Positions 25,868-32,974 of a DNA stretch of 53,839 bases are shown one piece after another (positions within the stretch are counted from its first letter, which is position 1; the number at the start of each line of letters is the position of its first letter). This DNA comes from an uncultured Thermoplasmatales archaeon. GTDB lineage: Archaea; Thermoplasmatota; E2; DHVEG-1. The stretch covers positions 1 through 53,839 of the forward strand of contig CAZQEU010000002.1 of NCBI GenBank assembly GCA_964592335.1. The letters are read 5' to 3'. The notes beneath the pieces are model-generated. The model was given only the letters and a program-made list of their open reading frames with translations, had not been told where the DNA came from and made no database searches. The translations under genes and the position numbers were made by a program.

Positions 25868-28204
25868 ATGAGAAAAAGAATAATAAAAAATAGATATGGT
25901 GTTACGCCACAATTCGAAGCAATTTTTGTTGTTATAACCGTTGTATCAGCGACAGCTTTAGGAGCAGTTGCTATAGGTAATTTTTTTAGTGGCTCAAACG
26001 TTGAAAAAAAGAGTCTTGAAGCTACAGCATTAGAGGTCTCTTCTCTTTTAACCCAAACCAGAGGGCAGAGCTTAGATGGTAGTCAAGCCTGGTTTGAAAA
26101 TGTTGAACATGTTAGCAGTATTGGTTTAAAAGCAGATTTAGGGGAAGAAACATGGCTACATGTGTTATATGATGTAGGGAGCTCTTCACCAGAGGAACAG
26201 GAAAATAGTAAACCAACTGTACCTGAGGTTACAGGTGAGAATGGTGAAGTAGATAAAGATTTAACTTTTACAGCGGTATCTGAAGATGTAGATGGAGATC
26301 AAATTAGATATGTATGGATTTGGGGTGATGGAGATTCAGAAGTAAGCAATTATTATGAGTCTGGTGAAAGCGATAGTCGTACTCATTCTTATTCTAATCA
26401 AGGTGGTTATACTGTAAAAGTAAGAGCCCAAGATGATGGTAACCCTGTAATGGAGAGCACTTATGCAACTATTAGTATAGAAGTTACTGATAGTAGTTCT
26501 TCAAATAATTTTCCAAATAAACCAAGTACGCCAGTTATAGTAAATCAATTTGGTGGGATTGTTAGTCCTCCCCCTGATGTGCCGAAAGCATTTTCTATTT
26601 CAGTTATTGCAAATGATACTGCGTACAATTATGGGACTGATACAACAGATCCTGATGGGGATAAATTAGAGTATGGCTGGGATTGGAATGATGATGATAA
26701 CGTGGATGGTTGGGATGATAATAAAGGGTCTTATTATGATTCAGGTGCTACAATTTCAACTGGGCATACATACAACCAATATGGTTTTTATAACCTAAAA
26801 GTTAAAGCAAGAGATACACCTGCTGGTGATAGTAGTGCTTATTCAGATTCGATTATTGTCTTTAATGATAATCGCCCTGATAAACCTGTAACTCCTTTTT
26901 CTAATGCAGCTTCTTTTTCTGCTGGAAGTTCTTATTATTTTTTTACATATACAAGTGATCCGGATGATGATTATTTGTATTATAAATTCAGGGTTCAGAA
27001 TGAAGATACTGGTGAAATATTAGAGCCTTCTGGTTGGTCACTTGTGCCCAAGGAAAGTGCTCCAAGTGGTGGTCCACCAGGGAATGAGTATGTTTATTCA
27101 GAAGAATATGTTATACCCCTTGATTGGAGTGGATGTAGCGCTAGTATTAGATCAAAGGCTAAGGATGTTACTCTTCATGAGGACTATGGTGTTGTTGAAG
27201 GACTTGAAAGTCTATGGTCTGATAGTCTTGTTATATCTATAGAAGAAGAACCAAGTGGCCCAGGTGGAGGAGGCACTCCAACTGGGTGTTGTGCTTGGGG
27301 CAAGGGTGGAAGGTGTATTGGTTATTATAACGAAGATGGTCATTGCTTAGTTAACCAAAATCCTTGTTTTCTTGCGGGTAGTAAAATATTGATGGCGGAC
27401 CGATCTGTTAAAAATATTGAAGAGATACAAGTTGGAGATACTATTCTTAATTATGATACAGAAAATGCTGTTTTTGCAAAGGATAGGGTGACTAAGGTAT
27501 TTCACCATGAACCTGACGAGCTTATAGCGGGTTATTATCTTATCATAAATGAGGAGCTAAAAGTTACACCGAACCATCCTTTGTATGTAGATGGTGAATG
27601 GGTAAAAGCAGAAGATCTAGAAATCGGTGATTCTTTGTCAAGTGGCGGCAAAATATTTTCAATTGAGAAAATAAATGAAAGAGCACCAACGTATCATATG
27701 ATAACAGAATTGTATCACAACTATGTAATAGTATTTGAAGAAGACTATGTAATTGCGATAAATGGTGATCCGGTTGGAGTATATGTAGTAGAAGCTGAAA
27801 AGGAAGTAAACCCTGTTGGAGATTATATACTTGGTGACTATGAAGAAGAACCCTCTGAAAACAGTGAAATATCTCAGCTTAACCAGGCAACAAGTATATC
27901 TTACAGCTCAGTACTTAGCATGAACAAAGTATATTCATTATCAGAAATACCCTATTCTAAGTTCAAGGAGATATTCAATCTAGATGAATTTGTAGATGTA
28001 AGCATACAGATTACTAGAATAGATCAGGAAGACCAAGAATTCTTATCATATCATCCAGATAACGGCAGATCATCTGAAAATGCTGATCAGGTAGCAGTTC
28101 ACTCTGAAAACGTCATAATATTTGCAAGACAACAAACATCCAGCTATTCACAGCAGTACTCTGATAGGTATGTACCATGTGAGCTTGAGATATCAGTTTA
28201 TTAA
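25868..28204 (+). CDS. Pilin-like surface protein (778 aa): class III-like N-terminus, about 3 PKD-like domains, Cys-rich linker, Hint domain, C-terminal region of about 146 aa
   Basis: N-terminus is KNRYGVTPQFEAIFVVITVVSATALGAVAIG. PKD motifs are WIWGDGDSE...YTVKVRAQDDG and YGWDWNDDD...YNLKVKARD. Hint blocks are CFLAGSKILM / VTPNH / YVIAIN. Confidence 0.8.
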   Translation: MRKRIIKNRYGVTPQFEAIFVVITVVSATALGAVAIGNFFSGSNVEKKSLEATALEVSSLLTQTRGQSLDGSQAWFENVEHVSSIGLKADLGEETWLHVLYDVGSSSPEEQENSKPTVPEVTGENGEVDKDLTFTAVSEDVDGDQIRYVWIWGDGDSEVSNYYESGESDSRTHSYSNQGGYTVKVRAQDDGNPVMESTYATISIEVTDSSSSNNFPNKPSTPVIVNQFGGIVSPPPDVPKAFSISVIANDTAYNYGTDTTDPDGDKLEYGWDWNDDDNVDGWDDNKGSYYDSGATISTGHTYNQYGFYNLKVKARDTPAGDSSAYSDSIIVFNDNRPDKPVTPFSNAASFSAGSSYYFFTYTSDPDDDYLYYKFRVQNEDTGEILEPSGWSLVPKESAPSGGPPGNEYVYSEEYVIPLDWSGCSASIRSKAKDVTLHEDYGVVEGLESLWSDSLVISIEEEPSGPGGGGTPTGCCAWGKGGRCIGYYNEDGHCLVNQNPCFLAGSKILMADRSVKNIEEIQVGDTILNYDTENAVFAKDRVTKVFHHEPDELIAGYYLIINEELKVTPNHPLYVDGEWVKAEDLEIGDSLSSGGKIFSIEKINERAPTYHMITELYHNYVIVFEEDYVIAINGDPVGVYVVEAEKEVNPVGDYILGDYEEEPSENSEISQLNQATSISYSSVLSMNKVYSLSEIPYSKFKEIFNLDEFVDVSIQITRIDQEDQEFLSYHPDNGRSSENADQVAVHSENVIIFARQQTSSYSQQYSDRYVPCELEISVY
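27365..27763 (+). other. Hint domain, 133 aa, Cys500 to Asn632 of the 778-aa protein
   Basis: Aligns block for block with the Hint domain at 16002-16412. It ends ...VIAIN followed by Gly. The penultimate residue is Ile rather than His. Confidence 0.75.
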
Positions 28205-28277
28205 AAAAATCCTTCTTTTACTTTTTTTTGCAAACTTTTTTAAACAACTCTTTTTTTCTTAAAAGTTATTAAGCATT

Positions 28278-28592
28278 ATGATAAAAAAAAGAAAAAAAGA
28301 TAAAAAAGAACAAAAAAACATTGCAAAAAAAAGAATTGAAAAACTTTTTTTACTTGCAAAAAGAAATGCTCTTGACTCAAAATTTGATTTATCAGATAGA
28401 TACGTAAAAATTGCAAGGAAAATCGCGATGAAATATCAGATTAAAATGCAGAGAGATCATAAAAGAAACTTTTGTAAATATTGCTACTCATATCTTCTCC
28501 CAAATGTAAATTCTAGAGTAAGAATAAACAAAGGAAAAATCACGATTTATTGTAAAAACTGTAATAAATACATGCGTTTTTTAATAAAATAA
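28278..28592 (+). CDS. rnp4: RNase P protein component 4 (Rpp21/Rpr2 family)
   Basis: Basic helical N-terminus plus zinc ribbon CKYC...CKNC. Confidence 0.85.
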   Translation: MIKKRKKDKKEQKNIAKKRIEKLFLLAKRNALDSKFDLSDRYVKIARKIAMKYQIKMQRDHKRNFCKYCYSYLLPNVNSRVRINKGKITIYCKNCNKYMRFLIK

Positions 28593-28671
28593 ATGTTTCC
28601 GTTATGCTTATATATATTATCATTTATTAGCCTAACCTACTTTAACCCTTACTTACAGGAGTAAAAAAGTT

Positions 28672-29124
28672 ATGACTACCGTATATGATGTCCCAGCAAA
28701 GGAATTAATCGATGAAGTTGCAAAGAAATTAAAAAATGATGAAAATATTAAAACACCTGAAGAAAATATTTATTCTAGAACAGGTGTAAGCAAAGAAAAA
28801 CCCCCAGAAAACCTTGACTGGTGGTACATACGCTGTGCAAGTATCCTACGTAAAATCTATATTAAAAACGTTATAGGAATCGAGCATCTGCGTGCAGAAT
28901 ACGGTGGAAAAAGAAACCGCGGTTCAAAACCATCAAAGGCAAGATCTGCAAGCGGGACAATTATAAGAAGAGCAATTCAACAACTTGAAAAGGCAGGATA
29001 TGTCACAAAAATGCGTGGAAAAGGACGTATGCTTACAGGTAAAGGCCGGTCCTTTGTAGATAACGCATCACATGAATTACAAAAAAATATAGGATCTAAT
29101 TACCCTGGAATTGAAAAATATTAA
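28672..29124 (+). CDS. rps19e: 30S ribosomal protein S19e
   Basis: VYDVPAKELIDEVAKKLK...DWWYIRCASILRKIY...GGKRNRGSKP... Confidence 0.9.
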   Translation: MTTVYDVPAKELIDEVAKKLKNDENIKTPEENIYSRTGVSKEKPPENLDWWYIRCASILRKIYIKNVIGIEHLRAEYGGKRNRGSKPSKARSASGTIIRRAIQQLEKAGYVTKMRGKGRMLTGKGRSFVDNASHELQKNIGSNYPGIEKY

Positions 29125-29150
29125 CTAAAAGAAGTGTTGTTGTTTGATTT

Positions 29151-29486
29151 ATGGATGAAGAACTTGAAAAACTGAAGAAAAAACGCCTTGAGGAGTTGCA
29201 ACAGCAAGCAAATCAAGAAGATATTGAAGAGCAGCAGGAAACACAAAAAAAACAGATGGAAGAACAAAAAAAAGCAATCCTGCGAACTGTTCTAACACCA
29301 GAAGCAAGACAAAGACTAGGAAGAATAAAAGTAGCAAGACCAGAGGTTGTAGAATCCATAGAAAACCAACTGATAATGATTGCTAGAAGTGGACAACTTG
29401 AAAATAAAATAAATGATGAGCAGCTGAGAAAGCTGCTTTTAAAAGTAATACCCAAAAAAAGAGATATAAAAATTAAAAGAAGGTAA
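29151..29486 (+). CDS. DNA-binding protein, PDCD5/TFAR19 family (COG2118)
   Basis: ILRTVLTPEARQRLGRIKVARPE...IENQLI. Conserved position between S19e and L39e. Confidence 0.85.
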   Translation: MDEELEKLKKKRLEELQQQANQEDIEEQQETQKKQMEEQKKAILRTVLTPEARQRLGRIKVARPEVVESIENQLIMIARSGQLENKINDEQLRKLLLKVIPKKRDIKIKRR

Positions 29487-29492
29487 AAATAT

Positions 29493-29651
29493 ATGTCAAC
29501 TCACAAATCACTAGGTAAAAAAATTCGATTAAATAAAGCAACAAAGAGTAACAGAAGAGTTCCAGCTTGGATTATGATAAAAACAAATAGACGTTTTACC
29601 CGTCATCCAAAAACCCGTAACTGGCGTAGGAACAAACTTAAAAAAAGTTAA
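29493..29651 (+). CDS. rpl39e: 50S ribosomal protein L39e (52 aa; below the ORF-track cutoff)
   Basis: Hand translation gives [52 protein letters not shown]. Confidence 0.9.
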   Translation: MSTHKSLGKKIRLNKATKSNRRVPAWIMIKTNRRFTRHPKTRNWRRNKLKKS

Positions 29652-29669
29652 AAAAAGGATTGATTTTTT

Positions 29670-30344
29670 ATGGCAGAAGAAATTGAAAGAATATATGTAA
29701 TTCCACTAAAAAAAACTGGTTTTAAATCAAGCAAAGCAGCACCAACCGCGATAAAAAGAGTTAAAAAATATTTAACACGCCATATGAAAGTGGAAGAAAA
29801 AAATATTTGGATAGACGACTCACTAAATACCATGCTTTGGAGCAAAGGCAGATACAATATGCCCAGCAAAATACGTGTAAAAGCAGTAAAGTTTGATGAT
29901 GGAGTGGTAGAAGCATATCTGCCAGAACTTGAATTTAAAAAATCACGTCGTGAACTACTCAAAGAAGAAAGAGAAAAGAAGGAACCAATACTTAGAAAAG
30001 AGGAAATGCCAGAAGAAGCTGAGGGTGAAGAATCAGGAACAGATGATTACGAAATGGTTCCAACATCAGATGGAGATGTTAAATTAAAGAAGAAAAAACC
30101 TGCGAAGGAAACAAAGGAAAAAGAAACTGAAGAGAAAAAAGAAAAAAAAGAAGCAGAAGAGAAACCAAAAAGCAAAGAAGAAAGTAAAAAAGGAGAAAAA
30201 AAGAAAGAAAAAATAGTAGAAAAACCAAAGAAAAAAGAAACAACGAAGAAAACCACTTCTTCTAGTAAAAAAACTTCTACTAAAACCAAATCTTCTTCTA
30301 AAAAAAGTTCTTCTAAGAAAAAATCAACAAGTAAAAAAAAGTAG
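29670..30344 (+). CDS. rpl31e: 50S ribosomal protein L31e with a C-terminal Lys/Glu/Ser-rich extension of about 130 aa
   Basis: The L31e core is ERIYVIPLKK...PSKIRVKAVKFDDGVVEAYL, followed by a KKKKPAKETKEK...SSKKKSTSKKK tail. Confidence 0.85.
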   Translation: MAEEIERIYVIPLKKTGFKSSKAAPTAIKRVKKYLTRHMKVEEKNIWIDDSLNTMLWSKGRYNMPSKIRVKAVKFDDGVVEAYLPELEFKKSRRELLKEEREKKEPILRKEEMPEEAEGEESGTDDYEMVPTSDGDVKLKKKKPAKETKEKETEEKKEKKEAEEKPKSKEESKKGEKKKEKIVEKPKKKETTKKTTSSSKKTSTKTKSSSKKSSSKKKSTSKKK

Positions 30345-30361
30345 AAAAGTGGTAATAATCT

Positions 30362-31027
30362 ATGCTTCAAATACTCGATTTTTTTGAAAATCCTAATCTT
30401 GGTGTTTTTTGCCGAGTAAATGATGATGTTGGTTTTATAAGAAAAGGTCTTCAAAAAAAGATTAAATCAAAGATTGTTGAAACACTTGAGATAGATCTTA
30501 TAGAGTTAAATATCGCTGATGCAACGATTGTAGGCTCTCTTTTATGTATAAATTCAAAAGGAGCTATACTCTGTGATTTTGCAGAAAAAGAAGTAATAGA
30601 TATTGTCGAATCAGCTGGTTTTAAAACATGTGTTGTTACTGATAAGATAAATGCGGCAGGAAATGATATATTAGCAAATGATAATGGTTGTTTAGTTCAT
30701 CCTAAGTTAAAACAAAAATCTGTCAAAAAAATAGAAGAAACATTAGATGTACCTGTTAAACAAGGTACAATTGCAGATCTTTCTACTGTTGGAATGTGTG
30801 CTGTTGTTACAAATAAGGGTTGTTTGTGTCATCCTAAGGTAACAGATGAAGAAAAACATGTTTTGGAAAAACTTTTTTCTGTTCCTGTTATGATTGGAAC
30901 AGTAAATCATGGAAGCCCAGTTATTGGCTCTGGGTTGGTTGCAAATACTAAGGGTGCTATTATCGGGAATCAAACAACAGGTATTGAGATGGGAAGAATT
31001 GAGGAAGCATTAGGTTTTTTAACATAA
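30362..31027 (+). CDS. eif6: Translation initiation factor 6 (aIF6)
   Basis: Pentein-repeat pattern: FENPNLGVF..., GSLLCINSKGAIL, GNDILANDNGCLVHP, GMCAVVTNKGCLCHP, GSGLVANTKGAIIG. Confidence 0.9.
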   Translation: MLQILDFFENPNLGVFCRVNDDVGFIRKGLQKKIKSKIVETLEIDLIELNIADATIVGSLLCINSKGAILCDFAEKEVIDIVESAGFKTCVVTDKINAAGNDILANDNGCLVHPKLKQKSVKKIEETLDVPVKQGTIADLSTVGMCAVVTNKGCLCHPKVTDEEKHVLEKLFSVPVMIGTVNHGSPVIGSGLVANTKGAIIGNQTTGIEMGRIEEALGFLT

Positions 31028-31116
31028 TTATTATTTTCTTTATTTTATTTAATCAAAAGATTTATAAATACATATTATATTAATATCAACAGAAATATAA
31101 AATTAAGGTCGATAAT

Positions 31117-31497
31117 ATGGTTCAAAATACACATTATAAACTCACAAAACAAGATGAAAAAGTAGTTAAAATATTCCAGGACCTTGGAATGCCTAGAAAT
31201 CTTGCTAAAACCTTGATTTATATAAGCCAAGTCGAGGAATGTAGAAGCTCAGAAATAGAGAGAAACGCAAAACTACGTCAACCAGAAGTAAGTGTTGCAA
31301 TGCAAGAACTACATGAAAAAGGCTGGATAACAAAACGCGATCTTAAAAAGAAAGGTAAAGGACGCCCAGTTCATCTATACACTTTAAGCCAACCCATTGA
31401 AGGTATTATTAAGGATTTTGAAGAAGAAAAAACCCAAGAAATAAATGAAATAAAAAAAGACCTTGATGATCTTAAAAAACTATTAAACAATTTTTAA
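31117..31497 (+). CDS. Winged-HTH transcriptional regulator (TrmB/ArsR-like)
   Basis: HTH is SSEIERNAKLRQPEVSVAMQELHEKGWI. Wing is GKGRPVHLY. C-terminal coiled coil. Confidence 0.6.
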   Translation: MVQNTHYKLTKQDEKVVKIFQDLGMPRNLAKTLIYISQVEECRSSEIERNAKLRQPEVSVAMQELHEKGWITKRDLKKKGKGRPVHLYTLSQPIEGIIKDFEEEKTQEINEIKKDLDDLKKLLNNF

Positions 31498-31573
31498 TCA
31501 AAATATTTTTCCCTCTTTTTTTTCAAAAAAACTTTATATACATTTTTTTCTTTATAATTATTACTAACGGTAT

Positions 31574-32899
31574 ATGGATTGGTTGCACTCGATGGATAAA
31601 AAATTGATTATTTCAATTTGTATTATAGCAGTTTATCTTATTCTTTTAGCCAATTTTATTATTCCAAATACAAACCCTGAGACTTTAGACTATGTAAAAA
31701 CAACTTATGGAAATAAAAACGCTGATGTTACCATACAATTATTTGTATATAACGGAGAATGTGGAAGTTGCGATGATGCAAAAGAAATATTATTCAATGA
31801 TATATTACCTGGAAATGAAAGTGTTTTATTTATAGAAGAATACCCTATCGACAGTTCAGATAAGTTAAATAATAACTATAATCTATTTTCATCTTACCTG
31901 TTTACAACTACTCCTTCAATCGCAGTTATAAATACATCACATCCTAAGTTAAAAAACTACACAACTACACTAACATACTCAGATATAATAAATACTAAAA
32001 ACAAGACTTTTGAAAAAGCAGTGCTTTATCATCTAAAAGGCAATTATTCAACAGAGCTGAATCTTTCAGATGATACATATATTTTTGATACACTCTTAGG
32101 AGAACTCGATTTATCAGATTTATCAATACCAATTATAACAATAATCTTGGGTGCAATGGATAGTATAAACCCCTGCTCATTTTTTATACTTCTTTTTTTA
32201 CTCAGCATATTGCTTTACACTAATTCAAGAAAAAAAATGATTCTCATAGGTTCAATATTCATATTTTTCTCAGGATTAATCTATTTTTTAATCATGTTCT
32301 TTTTATTACAAACATTTAAATTAACAGGTGAACAAGCAATTATAACGATTCTAGCGGGTATAATTGCAATAATGTTTGGTATACTCAATATAAAAGATTT
32401 CTTTTTCTTTAAAAAAGGCCTTTCAGCAAGCATACCTGACAGTCAAAAATCCAAGTTATACAAACAGATAAGAAAACTTGTAAAAATCACATCAATTCCT
32501 TCACTTATAGCTGCAACAGTTATACTAGCAGTGAGTGCAAACACAGTGGAGCTTTTATGTTCACTAAATCTCCCCGTTATATATACCGCAATTTTAAACT
32601 CTTATAATTTAAGCTCTTCTGAATCCTTTATGTACCTATTTTTCTATAACTTGATATATATCATACCACTATTGGTTATCACCTCTATCGTGGTAATTAC
32701 CTTTGGAAAAAAGAAACTAAGCGAGTTTCAGGGTAGAATGCTAAAGTTATTCTCAGGTGTTATGATATTTTCACTTGGAGAAATACTTTTGATAAACCCA
32801 AATATCTTATCAGATGTGTTTATAGCAATTGAAATATTAATTTTAAGCTTGATAATTACATTTGTAATATATGTTGTCTCTAAATATTTTGAAAATTAA
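31574..32899 (+). CDS. Membrane protein: N-terminal thioredoxin-like CxxC domain fused to a DsbD/CcdA-like thiol-disulfide transporter core
   Basis: CGSC motif in the extracytoplasmic N-domain. Polytopic C-half with the SINPCSFF motif typical of the DsbD_2/CcdA family. Confidence 0.45.
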   Translation: MDWLHSMDKKLIISICIIAVYLILLANFIIPNTNPETLDYVKTTYGNKNADVTIQLFVYNGECGSCDDAKEILFNDILPGNESVLFIEEYPIDSSDKLNNNYNLFSSYLFTTTPSIAVINTSHPKLKNYTTTLTYSDIINTKNKTFEKAVLYHLKGNYSTELNLSDDTYIFDTLLGELDLSDLSIPIITIILGAMDSINPCSFFILLFLLSILLYTNSRKKMILIGSIFIFFSGLIYFLIMFFLLQTFKLTGEQAIITILAGIIAIMFGILNIKDFFFFKKGLSASIPDSQKSKLYKQIRKLVKITSIPSLIAATVILAVSANTVELLCSLNLPVIYTAILNSYNLSSSESFMYLFFYNLIYIIPLLVITSIVVITFGKKKLSEFQGRMLKLFSGVMIFSLGEILLINPNILSDVFIAIEILILSLIITFVIYVVSKYFEN

Positions 32900-32974
32900 A
32901 GAGATTAACCATATAATTTATAAGTAGTAATTCTTTGACCTTTTTTATTCTTAATACATGGATGGATCAGTTAG

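Noticed and set aside
29648-30454. Antisense ORFs 29648..29962 and 30047..30454
   Set aside because: They lie opposite the L31e gene and its Lys-rich tail. The poly-Phe/Ser/Leu translation is the complement of AAG/AAA-rich coding sequence.
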